Of a DNA stretch of 64,000 nucleotides, positions 13,062 through 26,842 are shown in pieces. Source of the stretch: Lama glama (taxonomy: Eukaryota); NCBI GenBank assembly GCA_028534125.1, contig CM052816.1, positions 39,124,001 to 39,188,000 on the forward strand. The letters are read 5' to 3'. The notes below the pieces were generated by a model. That model was given only the letters and a program-made list of their open reading frames with translations, had not been told where the DNA came from and did not search any database. A program made the position numbers and the translations under genes. Positions within the stretch are counted from its first letter, which is position 1. Every line of letters begins with the position of its first letter.

Positions 13062-14600
13062 CATGGTAACTCTGTTTTTAGTTTTTTAAGGAACTTCCAT
13101 ACTGGTCTCCATAGTGGCTGCACCAAATTACATTCCCACCAACAGTGTAGGAGGGTTCCTTTTTCTCCACACTTTCTCTAGCATTTATTTGTAGACTTTG
13201 AATATTGCCATTCTCACTGGTGTGAGGTGATACTTCATTGGAGTGTTGATTTGCATTTCTCTGATAATTAGAGATATTGAGCATCTTTTCTTGTGCCCAT
13301 TGGCCATGTGGATGTCTTCTTTGGAGAAATGTCTGTTTAGATATTTTGCCCATTTTTGATGGGTTGTATGTTCTTTTTGATATTGAGCTGTATGAGCTGT
13401 GTATATATTTTACAAATTAATCCCTTGTCAGTCACACCATTTGCAAATATTTTCTCCCATTCTGTATGTTGTCTTTTCATTTTGTTTATGGCTACCTTTG
13501 TTGTGCAAAAGCTTTTAAGTTTAATTAGGTCCCATTTGGGTTTTTTTGTTTTTATTTCCATTACTCTAAAAGATAAATCCAAAAAAATATTTCTGTGATT
13601 TATGTCAAAGAATGTTCTGCCTATGTTTTCCTCTAGGATCCTTAGAGTATCTGGTCTTACATTTAGGCCTTTAATCTGTTTTGAGTTTATTTTTATGTAT
13701 GATATTAGAGAATGTTATAATTTCATTCCTTTACATTTCATTCCTGTCCAGTTTTCCCAGCACTACTTATTGAAGAGACTGTCTTTATTCCATCATATTT
13801 TCTTGCCTCCTTTGTTGTAGATTAATTGACCATAAGTGTGTGGGTTTATTTCTGGGCTTTCTATCCTATTCCATTGATCTATATGTCTGTTTCTATTCCA
13901 GTACCATAGTGTTTTGATTATTGTGGCTTTGTAGTATAGCCTAAAGTCAGGAAGCGTGATTTCTCCAGCTCTGTTCTTTTTTTCTCAAAAAACTAAAAAT
14001 AGAGTTATGATATGATCCATCAATCCCACTTCTGGGTATATATCTGGGGAAAAAAACCCTTAATTCAAAAAGATACATGCACCCCAGTGTTCATGGTAGC
14101 ACTGTTTACAATAGCCAAGACACGGAGCCACCTAAATCTCCACTGACAGATGAAGAAATAAAGAAGATGCAGTGTGTATATAAAATGGAATATTAGCCAG
14201 GGAAAGGAATGAAATAACGCCATTTGCAGCAACATGGATGGACCTAGAGATTACCATATTAAATGAAATAAATCAGGTAAGAAAAGTCAGATATCATATG
14301 TTATTGCTTATGTGTGGAATCTAAAAAAATGAAGCAAATAAACTTATTTACAAAACAGAAATGGACTCACAGACATAGAAAAGAAATTCATGGTTACCAA
14401 AGGGGAAAGAGTGGGGGAGGGATAGGTTAGGAGTTTGGGATTAACATATACACACTCCTATATATAAAATAGATCACCAAAAATGGCTTACTCTATATCA
14501 CTGGGAACTATATTTAATATCTTATAATTACCTATAATGGAAAATAATCTGAAAAAGAAGATATATATGTGTGTGTATATATATATATACACACACACAC

Positions 14601-14649
<49 letters not shown>

Positions 14650-14730
14650 TAATTGAATCACTTTGCTGTACACTTGAAACTAACACAACATTGTAAATCA
14701 ACTATATTTCAATTAAAAAATAAAAGGAGG
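13062..14730. mobile_element. LINE-1 with 5' inversion (minus segment about 13062-13985, plus segment about 13986-14730)
   Basis: Opposite-orientation L1 halves that are contiguous in L1 coordinates. A-rich end. TSD taaatgtttggact (13048-13061) / taaatgtatggact (14739-14752). Confidence 0.85.
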
Positions 14731-15519
14731 AAAATATATAAATGTATGGACTAATGAATTATAATGACAAAGTCAAATCTTGTCAGGTTTGCTCTGTGTC
14801 TTCCCTTCTTTTATTTATCCAAGATGGGTTGTTAATTTTTCAGTCTGTAAAGTTTGTTACTTGTTAGGAAATAGGTGACTTCAAGTTCCTTACATGTGGA
14901 AATAGAAATATTTGTAAGTTTTTGTGTGGATACATATTTTCATTTCTCTGAAGTTTATACCTAGGAGTGGTATTACTGGGTCATATTGTAACTCTAATTA
15001 AATTTGTAAGTATTTTGTAGGTTCTCCATATAGGTGCTTCATCAGATTGAAGAAGGTGACTTTTATTCGTAGTTCATTGAGTGTTTTTGTTATGGAAAGA
15101 TACTGGATTTTATTAAATGCTTTTTCTGCATTTTGATGTTCATGTGGCTTTTGTTCTTTATTATATTAGTATACTGAATTACAATGACTCATTTTCATAT
15201 AATAGAATGAAATTAAGGAGGTCTGTGGCTTTACACACTTAAATTTGGTGAAACACTCAAAATAATCGTAATTGGGGACAACTTACTTGAAGAATTTTTT
15301 TCTTATTAAGGTATTTGTCAAAGAAAGATTCTCTGAATGAAGTATTTTAACCAAAATACATCAGTACAAAAATAAAACTGAAGACATTATTTAGTAGTGT
15401 TTTCTCTAAGTTTATTAGATACTTAAATAGTTGTAGAGAGTGTTTTCTCAATTAAAATATTATGATCTGCAGTGAAGAGTCATTTGGAAACCTTAACAAC
15501 TTTAGATTTATTAACTGCT

Positions 15520-15750
15520 ATATTGCTGATCCCTAAGACCTCACTCAGACTGAATGATTCACTAGAAGGACTTGGAGGAAGATGTTACGTTCATGGTTAT
15601 GATTTATTACAGTGAAAAGATGCAGATTGAAATTAGCAATGGGAAAAGGCACACGAGACAAAGTCCAGGAGAAACCAGCCCAAGAGTCTGTGTGTCTTGA
15701 AGTCAGGACTTTTTTGAGCACTCAGGCCTACTGAGACAATTCTTTACTGC
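15520..15750. mobile_element. MER21-like LTR fragment
   Basis: gattcactagaaggact ... tttattacagtgaaaagatgcagatt ... aagtccaggagaaaccag. Confidence 0.7.
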
Positions 15751-16039
15751 AAAACTATAAAAAGCAACTTTAATGAATTTCAGTTAATTTTATAAGAACA
15801 AATAAGATCATATTAAAAATATATTCTTCAGAAGAAAAATGAATAACGTTTCATTAGAGGTAAGTATGGCTAAGAGGTTGGTTAAAGTGTATGGATGTAT
15901 AGCAGGTATAATACTCCTTCATTTTGTAAATATCATCATATATTATACAAAGATATTTGAAAAGTTTTTGACTGAAGTTTTAGCTTTATCAGTGTAATAA
16001 AACTAATTTGTCTATAAATTATAAAAATCGTATTTTTTA

Positions 16040-19000
16040 TGTAGTATTCCATACCAGGCTTTGAACTAGGAAAAATACAAGCAAATCATCCCTCAGAGAT
16101 GGGAATCTGGAATTGGTTTTCTGACCTCATTAAGCTTGAGAACAATGAAAAAAGCAATGTTTGTGCCTGTGGAAAATGGTACACTGGAAGTTAATGGCAT
16201 GTAGTGACAAAAGAGTTATTTAAAATGTTGCCTGGTATAAAGGTCTTATTAGAGGCAAAACTTGGGAGACGAGTAGCTTCTGCAATTGGCTCCTGTGGTG
16301 GAACTTTTGACCACAAAGATGGTGGGGTTGACTGCTTCTCATTGTCCTGAACAATTTACAGGAAGAAAATGAGAAATTTAGGACATAATTAGAAAATGTA
16401 TGAGCTTCTCTGATGGTTCTGTGAGAGTCTTATCACTTTTAGCCACATACTACATATTTGGAACAGTACCAACTCTAATTCACAGTTGTAAAATTACAAC
16501 ATAAGTTAAATTCATAAATTCAGAAGATCACTTATGTGAGAGTTGGGGCATTGATTGGAGAGGAGTGGAACCTTGAGAAATGGGACAAAGGCATTTGAGT
16601 GGAATTCAGTGAATCTGACAACCATAAGTCCTAAAATTCTAAACCTCATTTTCCAATAGGAGCAGCTACTTTTCCTTTGTCTGAAAAAAAAGCAATTCCT
16701 TGTTTGGAGCCACTGAATTTGCTTCTTCTGAGTTAAGGGAATGAGGATTGCCCCCATGGCTGACTTTACCACTCCTTATTGCTAGACTCATACTGGAATT
16801 AGATGCCAGCCTCTCCCAGAATGACTAACAAAAAATCTGTCCTGGAGATAATATCTTATCTTATACACCAAAAATTTGCCTGTGACTTCAGCGTTGTCTT
16901 TAGGGACCAATTGGTATGGTGTGTGCAGAGCTGCATGTTCTCAAATGAAGGAAAAATTTCTTCATTTACACCTCCCATTACTAAGAAAGAACATAATTTT
17001 TTATGAGCTTGTGGTTTTTTTGAAGGCAGAAGTATGCTGTAGTATAATTCTATATATAGCATTAAAGCCCTGAAAAACAGAGGGAAAAGGAAATCCTCCC
17101 ACTGGGCAAGACTAATACTAAAGAGTTGATATTGCCTAGATAATATGCTGCCATTGCTTACTGGTTTGGCTGTTTGATAACTAGGAAAGGGTTGGGTAAG
17201 TATTATGTCTCTCTGAATAGGCAAAGTTATCCTATGTGAATGTTCACCAAAAGAAATCTATTGCAGAGGAACTTCTCAGTAACAAGGTAGACAGATAATC
17301 ATGTTGTGATTTTTTTAACATTTTTTTATTGAGTTATAGTCATTTTATAATGTGTCAAATTCCAATGTAAAGCACAATTTTTCAGTTATGCATGAACATA
17401 TATTCATTGCCACTTTTTTTTTTTGCTGTGAGCTACCACAAGATCTTGTATATATATCCCTGTGTTATACAGTATAATCTTGTTTATCTATTCTGCATAT
17501 GCCTGTCAGTATCTACAAATTTTGAAATCCCAGTCTGTCCCTTCCCACCCCCTGCTCCCTTGGCAACCACAAGTTTGTATTCTATGTCTATGAGTCTGTT
17601 TCTGTTTTGTATTTGTTCTTTTTTTTTTTTTAGATTCCACATATGAGCAATCTCATATGGTATTTTTCTTTCTCTTTCTGGCTTACTTCAGTTAGAATGA
17701 CAATCTCCGGGGACATTTATGTTGCTGCAAATGGTGTTATGTTGTCATTTTTATGGCCGTATAGTATTCCACTGTATAAATGTACTATATCTTCTTTATC
17801 CAGTCATCTGTTGATGGACATTTAGGCTGTTTCCATGTCTTGGCTATTGTAAATAATGCTCCTGTGAACATTGGGGTGCAGGTGTCTTTTTGAAGTAGAG
17901 TTCCTTCTGGATATATGCCCAGGAGTGGGATTCCTGGGTCATATGATAAGTCTGTTCCTAGTCTTTTCAGGAATCTCCACACTGTTTTCCACAGTGGCTG
18001 CACCAACCTGCATTCCCACCAGCAGTGTAGGAGGGTTCCCTTTTCTCCACAGCCTCTCCAGCATTTGTTATTTGTGGACTTTTGAATGATAGCCATTCTA
18101 ACTGGTGTCATAGTTTTGATTTGCATTTCTCTGATAATTAGTGATATTGAGCATTGTTTCATGTACCTATTGATCATTTGTATGTCTTCCTTGGAGAATT
18201 GCTTGTTTAGGTCTTCTGCCCACTTTTGGATTGGGTTCTTTGTTTTTTTCTTATTAATTCATATGAGCTGCTTATACATTCTGGAGATCAAGCTTTTGTC
18301 AGTTTCATCATTTGCAAAAGTTTTCTCCCATTCTGTAGGTTATCGTTTTGTTTTACTTATGGTTTCCTTTGCTGTGCAGAAGCTTGTAAGTTTAATTAGG
18401 TCCCATTTGTTTATTCTTGCTTTTATTTCTATTGTGTGGGTAGACTGCCCTAGGAGAACATTTTTGAGATGTATGTGACATAATGTTTTGCCTATATTTT
18501 CTTCTGGGATGTTATTGTATCTTGTCTTATGTTTAAGTCTTTGATCCATCTTGAGTTTATTTTTGTGTATGGTGTAAGGGAGTGTTCTAACTTCATTGAT
18601 TTACATGCTGCTGTCCAGTTTTCCCAACACCATTTGCTGAAGAGACTGTCTTTATTGCATTGTATATTCTTGCCTCTTTTGTCGAAGATTAGTTGACCAA
18701 AAGTTTGTGGGTTCATTTCTGGACTCTCTATTCTATTCCATCGGTCCATACGTCTGTTTTTGTACCAATACCATGCTGTCTTGATTACTACTGTAGCTCT
18801 GTAGTATTGTCTGAAGTCTGGGAGAGTTATTCCTCCAGCCTCTTTCTTTTTCTTCAGTAATGTTTTGGCAATTCTAGGTCTTTTGTGGTTCCATATAAAT
18901 TTTATTATGATTTGTTCTAGTTCTGTGAAATATGTCCTGGATAATTTGATAGAGATTGCATTAAATCTGTAGATTGCCTTGTGCAGTATGACCATTTTAA

Positions 19001-19860
19001 CAGTACTGATTCTTCCAATCCAGGAGCACAGGATCTCTTTCCATTTTTTTAAAGTCTTCTTTAATTTCCTTCATCAATGATTTATAGTTTTCCATGTATA
19101 AGTCTTTCACCTCCTTGGTTAGATCATCTTGTGATTATTAATCAGCCTCTTTCCTTTGCCATTGTTTGTCTTGTTCAATGGGCTTGTATTTATAGTGACA
19201 ATTGCATCAAGGATGAAGTTGTAGGAGAACTGAATGCAAGGATTTATCTTCACCAGCACTGATCTGGCTATTGCATTTCTGAGTACCTGAATGGCCAGTG
19301 GGAAAATTCCAATACAATCCAGGAAATAACTCCATCCTCTAATGAAACCAACCAGCTACCTGGAGGCAGGTTGATTATGTTATCTACTTCTATTATAGAG
19401 TGGGAGATAATCTCTTCTCACTGAAATAGATATTTATTTTAGATCTAGGTTCTTTTATCACCATGGTTCTGCCAGAACAACTGTAATTGGACTTAATAAA
19501 TCCCTTATACACCATCCTGATCATTTTGCTTTTAATGAAGGAACTCATTTTACAGCAAAAGAAGTACATCAGAAAGTTCGTATTCATGGAATTCACTGGT
19601 CTTACTACATAGCTCAGTAGCCAGAAACTCTTGGCCTTACTGGTAATTATAATGTCTTATTGAAGACTCAGATGAGGCTTCAGCTAGGAGACAACAATCA
19701 GAAGTTTGGGCACTGTTCTATAGGGTGGAGGCATATGCTTTATGATTGCAACCTATGTATGTTATCTGAGATAAAGGGGAAGAAGAGAGGGTGAATAATG
19801 GAATAAGGAAGTTATAAATATTGACTGTGGTCTCATAACCACTTAGAAGAATAACTAGCA
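16040..19860 (+). mobile_element. Degraded ERVL internal region (gag/pol-integrase remnants), split by an L1
   Basis: ggcaggttgattatg (W-Q-V-D-Y-like) and ggaattcactggtcttactac (GIHWSY) are ERVL integrase motifs. Many stop codons. Confidence 0.65.
17312..19122 (-). mobile_element. Young 5'-truncated LINE-1 (about 1.8 kb), ORF2 C-terminus and 3' UTR
   Basis: ORFs 18492-18995 ([13 protein letters not shown]...WCWENW) and 17785-18177 ([18 protein letters not shown]). TSD atcatgttgtgatt (17298-17311) / atcatcttgtgatt (19123-19136). Confidence 0.95.
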
Positions 19861-20267
19861 CCTGACATTTTTCTTGTTTGTTTTATGTGTACACACACAC
19901 AAACATATATACATTTTGTGCGTGTGTGTATTTCAGTTTTTAATTTTTTCTCTTTCCCTTACTATTTTATAGTGCTGTGGAAGATAACTGTACAAATTTG
20001 GTTATATAATATTCCTGAATTAGAAGGGGAATTAATACCCTAACCCCAGAGATAGACATATGACAAATGATACTCTACATTGTTTAAGGATGAATACATT
20101 GTCAAAAAAAAGTGTTAAAACGGTTTAGAAATTGTAAACTTCAGATGTAGGGTATGGGTTATGGAGTGAGAGAGAAGAATGCATTTGAGAAGTACATGTT
20201 GGGCTTCAACTATTTCGATGTTTTACTTCCTATTCTAGATGGGAGATAAGGTTAGATTCTTATTTAA

Positions 20268-21340
20268 TCTTTTTTATTGAAGTAGAGTTGATTTACACTG
20301 TTGTGTTAGTTTCTGATGTACAGCATAGTGATTCGGTCATACATATATACACACATACTCTTTTTCATTATAAGTTATTATAATATATTGAATATAGTTC
20401 CCTGTGCTATATGTTAGGACCTTGTTTATCTATTTTATATGTAGTAGTTTGTATCTGCTAATCCCAAACTCCTAATTTATTCCTCTTTATCCCTCCCCCG
20501 ACCTTCTTCTTTGGTAAGCATAAGTTTGTTTTCTATATCTGTGAGTCCATTTCTGTTTTGTAAATAAGGTCATTTGTTTCATTTTTTTTAGATTCCACAT
20601 GTGATATCATGTGATATTTTGATATTTATCTTTCTCTGTCTGACTTACTTCACTTAGTATGATCATCTCTAGGTCCATCCTTGTTGCTGCAAATGGCATT
20701 ACTTCATTATTTTTAATGGCTGAGTAGTATGTATATACACACCCCACATATTCTTTATCCAGTCATCCGTCAATTAACGTTTAGGTTGCTTCCATGTCTT
20801 GGCTGTTGTAAATAGTGCTGCTGTGAGCATTGGGGTGCATGTATGTTTTCAAATTGGAGTTTTCTCCGGATATATGCCCAGGAGTGGGATTACTGGATTA
20901 TGGTAAGTCTATTTTTAGTTTTTTAAGTAATCTCCAAACTATTTTCCAGGGGGGGCTGTACCAAATTACATTCCTACCAACAACATAGAAGGGTTCCATT
21001 TTCTCCACACCCTCTCTAGCATTTTTCGTTTGTGGACTTTTTAATGATGGCCATTCTGACTAGTGTAAGGTTATACCTCATTGTAGTTTTGATTTGCATT
21101 TCTCTAATAATTAGCGATATTGCGCATTTTTTCTTGTGCCTATTGGCCATCTGTATGTCTTCCTTGGAGAAGTGTCTGTTCAGGCCTTCTGCCCTTTTTT
21201 GATTGGGTTGTTTGGTTTTTTGTTATTGAGTTGTATGAGCCGTTTGTATATTTTGAAAGTTAAGCCCTTGTTGATTGCATCATTTGAAAATATTTTCTCC
21301 CAGTCTTTTCATTTTGTGTGTAGTTTCCTTTGCTGTGCAA
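20268..21340 (-). mobile_element. LINE-1 3' fragment (about 1.07 kb)
   Basis: T tail, L1 3' UTR and ORF2 end, similar to the copies at 11947 and 58166. Confidence 0.9.
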
Positions 21341-21662
21341 CAGGCTGTACATTTTAACTGAAACATAATACATTAAAATATAGGATCAGTACAGTGAGAT
21401 GATTAAAAAGAGCATATTTTTCAGTAAATTACTCATAAATATAATTTTAAATTAATTACAAAAATTCAAGTGGCAAATATTTCATAGAGATTAAGACCTA
21501 TTAGTGTTTTAGAAAAGGAATTATGTGCTTATAGATCTCAAACATTCAGAATAACGTAAAATAAACTTAAATCGTTGTAAATTGTTTTTAATGATTTACT
21601 TTGTCTTTGTAAAAATAATTTTATGCATATTATTGCTTTCTTCTTTTCTTTTCACATTTTAG

Positions 21663-21920
21663 GTATTGTGTTTGGTCTTGTAAATCTGAGCAGTGACAGT
21701 TTTCAGGATAATCATCTGACAACCATTGAGAGTCTTGTGTTGTCATTGAGTTACAATATTTCATTTTGCCTGGTAGTTGTGTTTATAGCATACTGCGGAG
21801 GGAAAGGAAACATACCAAGATGGATTGCAGTTTCTTCCTTTTTAGTAGGATTTGGATCACTTTTATTTGCTTTTCCATACCTTAGTGGTAGAAATTATCA
21901 AATGAATGTAGTAACTGAAG
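21663..21920 (+). CDS. SLCO6A1: SLCO6A1 coding exon (about exon 2), 258 nt: (G)IVFGLVNLSSDSFQDNHLTTIESLVLSLSYNISFCLVVVFIAYCGGKGNIPRWIAVSSFLVGFGSLLFAFPYLSGRNYQMNVVTE
   Basis: Pyrimidine tract with ttttAG acceptor (21661-21662) and GAAG|GTAAGA donor. Open frame, phase 1 to phase 1. Contains the OATP PRWI...G.GSLLFAFP motif. Lies within ORF 21623-21991. Confidence 0.93.
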
Positions 21921-24900
21921 GTAAGATTTTAAAAGCTACTATTGATACATCAAATCATTATTCGTTTAAACCACTGGCTCTAGAAACTTAAAATAAACTG
22001 ATACTTATCTGTCTGTATACTCATTCATCTATATCTATTTATAAGATCAAATTTATTAAGCTGATTAATGGTAGCTCCCTAATAGCACACATGCCATTCT
22101 CTCATCTTACTGTGATCATCTACCTATTCATCTGAGAGATGGGCCTAGGAAGAAGAAAGAATATTTTGGGATAGTTATTTTGTGAAATTGCTTTTCTTTT
22201 ATCAATTTTCATATATATTATAAATATTTTGAGTTCTTTGGTAATTCCTTATGTCTTCCACAAGATAATTTAATTGATCCCTTTATATGACCTGAACACA
22301 CATATACACAAATACAAAAGACAAACATAAACAAACTTACACACATACAAAACAGTCACAATTTTTCTAACTACTTCTGTCATTTCAAAATGGGTGCTGC
22401 ACTTTGACATAGGACTTTTAATCTAAAAAGATTGGTGGTTTCTTTGCTTTCTTCATTTTTTTTCAATTTATTCCACAATTTTTTACTATTCCCAGTAGGT
22501 AAAAGGCTATTTGAAGTTTCATAGCACTATTTCTGACACTTTTGTGATGAGTACTTTCTTGTTGTATATAGCTTTATAAAAATATGGGAATGCATTTACT
22601 TATTTTGAAAACTTTAAACTGGGCTTTAGCAAGACATGATGGAAAAAGAATGAGGATGTCTCTTATGTGTGTGTGTATGTGTGGAAGCATGCTTATGATG
22701 TTTAAAAGTGTGTTTGTGATGTGTGTTTATGCTTTGTATTTGCAATAAAAATTAAAATATTTCACATTAAGTTCAATAATTTATGTAATATAACTAAACT
22801 ATGTATTACATATTTCATATGATAAACATATAACATATGATACATATCATACAGACTTATGAAGTAATTAATATTTACTTATATTCATAATATATTTATA
22901 AACTATAAATATGTAGAATAAGTATATTTATTAATTTGTAAAACATATTTGTGATGTGTTTATTATATTTATAGAATGGACTGCTAATTGAATTAGAAGA
23001 TGGCTTATGGAAGGATAGGAATGGGGAATACTTTACTCCTATTCTTCCCTTAACCTTGTTCCAGCCAGAAAGGGTGAAAAGTTAGAATCACCGCTTGAGT
23101 CATTAAAAATGCTGCTTGATGAGTAATGGGAGTACTCCTTTCTTTGTGTCTTCTTTATATTATCTAGATTCTATATATTTTATTTTCTGCTTGTGATTAG
23201 AAATCTGCAATTCATTTGACAACACCTATTCAGTGTATTTACTGGGAACCCTCTACTTGGGAATAGAAGGTTAGAAATGAAGTAAATAGTTTTTGCAAGT
23301 AGAACTGCTCATTTCATACACCTAACTATGCAGCTATTTTACTTATTTTGTTTAAAAGTTTAGTTCTTACATAACTAAATTTCTACTTTGTGTCCATACT
23401 CAGTTTATGTATGTAAGTTTTTTTTTAATTTCTGTATTTTCTTCCTGTATCCCTTTTTTTTTTTTTTTTTTGAGATCCTTCTCTTACTCTTTTCTGCTAT
23501 CTTTCCTATTCTGTTCTCTGTCTATGTTCCTGGTTACCTGCTAGCCTTGTCTCCCCATGTGACTTGTTTGACCCTCTATGGAACAGCCTATTTACCACCA
23601 CCTCCCACTCCCTTTTTCTGTCCCCTCTACCCCATCACAGTTTTTTGTACTCAGCTCCTGTGCCTCAGCTAACATGTAGAAATCATATTCTACCAAATCC
23701 TTGAGAAGTTAAAACTAATTTTCTCCACTAGTTTATGAAAACAGTTCTGTCACTCTCTGATCTTTAGTTTCTGAATCTTTACATATATTTGAACACCCAG
23801 CATATCCATGGTTGAAGTGATATGAAAAAGAGCAGGGGTTTACAGGTGTTAAGATAACAGTGAGAGAAGAAAGGAGATGAAGGGAACATTGGTATAGTGA
23901 AAAGTAGCATGATCAATGGATTATAGGTCTTGGTGGGTTTTAAGGATTGTTGGAATTGGGTTATTAGGCGGAGTGAACCAAAAGATAAAGATAGTTTGAG
24001 TGTAGGCAGCTTGAAATTGCAATTAAGGAAGGTTTGTAGTTACTATTTCTGAAAGTTTAAGTCAGTAGCTTAGGTGAGTGGAGTACAAGTACATGGAAGG
24101 AGAGAAGTTCAAGGAACTAAGAGGATAGGGTGTTGGAAATGTCACATTGATATTGCTATCACCCCAAGTTAATATGTTTATGTAAAACTGAATCATCAAT
24201 GTTTTGAATCACAATTCTGGAGACTTCTTCCTATTTGATATGGAATCAAGTATCGTTCCATATGGATACAGAGTCAGCTGAAAATTTCCATTGGTGTCCT
24301 ATTTTGCAATCTATACCTTTACCAGTTTTCCACAATAATATTTTAAGAGCATTTGTTAAATTCCAATCAAAATAGATACAGTCAGAATGATCTAATAGCA
24401 TTGCCTGGATCTATCAATCTGATAACAAATACAATTCCAACAAACATTTATTTACTATTGTTCTACAGCCATGTGAATTTTTTTTAAAAAGCTGTGAAAT
24501 AGACTGTCACCTAAAGGAATTTAAAATCTAGTATATAACCATATGACAAGTAGAGAGAAGTTTTTATTGTATAATGGCTTGTCCTTATGAACTTATATTC
24601 TAGAAGTCAGTGGGTCTAAAATGGGAAACTGGTAACAGAAAGTTAATGTGAAAATTGCTGAAGAAATGGTTCTAGAATTAAACTCAGAAGGTAATCTTTA
24701 ATAATTCAGGTATTAAAACATTGGAAATACTTTTACCCCAGGGTCAAAACTCAGGGGTACCAGATGCCAAATTTAAGAGGAATATGTGTGTGTGTATGTG
24801 TATGTATACCTGTGTACACATAAGTGTGTGATAAGCGTATAATCATGCATACACATTTGTATTTGGTTTATAGTATGTGCGTCTTTCCTTGTATTCTGGC

Positions 24901-25109
24901 AAATGTTCTTTTATCATTGCTTTTTGTCTTAAAACATGATGATTGATTATAGAACTACTACATTCAATATAAATGAAATGTTAACTAAAATAAAAACATA
25001 ATGTTGGAGATAGCTTGTAAAAGGTAAAGCACATCATAAAAGATACTGTATGTTTGTTGTGTGTTTAACTTTTGACTCATTTAACAAAATATAATTATCT
25101 TTTCAAAAG

Positions 25110-25295
25110 ATATTTGCAAAGAAATGAAGATTGTCAACGATTGCAAGAAAACTTCATTATCATTCCTATCAAAAGACATGATTTTCTTCATCCTTGGGCA
25201 GAGTGTGCAGGGAATAGCAGGAGTACCTCTTCGTGTCCTTGGAGTAGTCTTTATTTGTAACAGCGTTGCCACATACTCAGCTGGTATTTATCTAG
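25110..25295 (+). CDS. SLCO6A1: SLCO6A1 coding exon (about exon 3), 186 nt: (D)ICKEMKIVNDCKKTSLSFLSKDMIFFILGQSVQGIAGVPLRVLGVVFICNSVATYSAGIYL(G)
   Basis: tcttttcaaaAG acceptor and CTAG|GCAAGT (GC-type) donor. Contains the OATP FILGQ..QGIAG.P...LG motif. Phase matches both neighbouring exons. Confidence 0.92.
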
Positions 25296-26331
25296 GCAAG
25301 TTTTTTCCCCTTCTCGTATAATTTATATATATTTTCATCATATCAAACTGTATAGGCTGCAGTTCATTTTTCTAGGGGAAAAAAATCTCAAGTTACCAGA
25401 TTAAGTTGCTTGAGTAGATTGTATGTTTAAACTTCGGGAATGTAGTGGGATGTTGCTGCCATCATGTCAAAAAGGGGCAAAAACATTGTTTTATGCCTCT
25501 TTAGAGCCAGATTCTGTGTGGTGCTGAAATAATCATTACAGCACTAAGCTCTTTGCGTACATTAGCTTACTTAATCATTCTGGGGAGGTTTGATATTTTT
25601 AAAGTTAGTGAAAACATAATCTTGTTCATTCTATCAAAGAAGGGAGTGATGTACTATTTAATTAATTAACAACAGTGTAGTATCCTCTGTTTACAGTGTT
25701 TTATACTAGAGTATCATACAGTAAGTAACCCTAGGGTATATCTCAGAATAATAAGTGCCTCTTCATATTACACTAGCTTCTTGTCCTGATAAATCTCCTA
25801 TTTATACAGGTCTATCTAACCATCACTTTTGAAAAAACAATTTTAAAGTTGTTTTTACACGCTTATTGTGAAGGTGAGTGAAAAGTAAATAGCATTTTTG
25901 CATCAAAATAATCATTTTTCCACCATAGGTAAGGAACGTCATATCAGTAAAGTAGATGACATTCATATTTATGTTTGCTTTTAGAAAAAAAAGTTTTGCA
26001 GTGATTCATTAGTGTTGGCTCATGGTGGCAACAAATGTGATTGTTTTACTTTTGGTTCTACTGAATGGCAATTAAAACACACATCTGTACACTGCAGAGA
26101 GTAGCTTGCTTCATTGCTACCTCTTGCCTCCTTGGCAACTGAGGTGAAGGATGCAAAAGCAGTATTTATGTTAAAGTATTGTTTTGCTTTGGCACTACGA
26201 TTTAAAGTGAAATAGGATCTGTTGAATTTATATGAATATAAATATATTTATATCACATTAATATGTAGATTAAATAAGGTATACAGAATTATGAAGTTAT
26301 CTGAATTTCTCTAATACATGCACTGAGTAAT

Positions 26332-26842
26332 ATGTATAATGATTAATTTTATGTGTCAGCTTGGCTGGTTATGGCAACTAGTTGTTTGGTCAAACACCAT
26401 TGTAGATGTTTCTATGATATTGTTTAGATGTGACTAATATTTATTTCAGTAGACTTTGAGTCAAGCAGTTTAACTCTTCATTATATGGGTGAGCCTCATC
26501 CAATCGATGGAAGCCTTTCAGGACAGACTGAGGTTTCCCAAAGAAGCAATTCTGTCTCCAAAGTGCAATTTAGAAACTAACTGAGTTTTCCCATTCTGCT
26601 AGCCTGCCCTGTGGATGTAAGACTTAACTATGGACTCAGGACTGTAACATTAATTCTTATGTGGATTTCCAGCCTGCCAGCCTACCCTACAAATTTGGAC
26701 TTGCTAGCCCTACAGTTTCATGAGCCACTTCCTAAAAATATCAGTCAGTCAATCTCTGTCTCTCTCTCTGTCTCTCTCTGTCTCTGTCTCTCTCTCTTTC
26801 TCTCGATATCCTACTGCTTCTGTTTCTTTGGAGACTGATAGA
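26332..26842 (+). mobile_element. MLT2-type ERVL solo LTR containing a (CT)n tract
   Basis: tg..atgattaattttatgtgtcagcttggctgg start, ctcatccaatc, and ttctgtttctttggaga..ctgata end. Confidence 0.8.

Noticed and set aside
17785..18995. ORFs of 130-167 aa as candidate host genes
   Set aside because: They are frame-broken LINE-1 ORF2 C-terminal pieces of a truncated copy.
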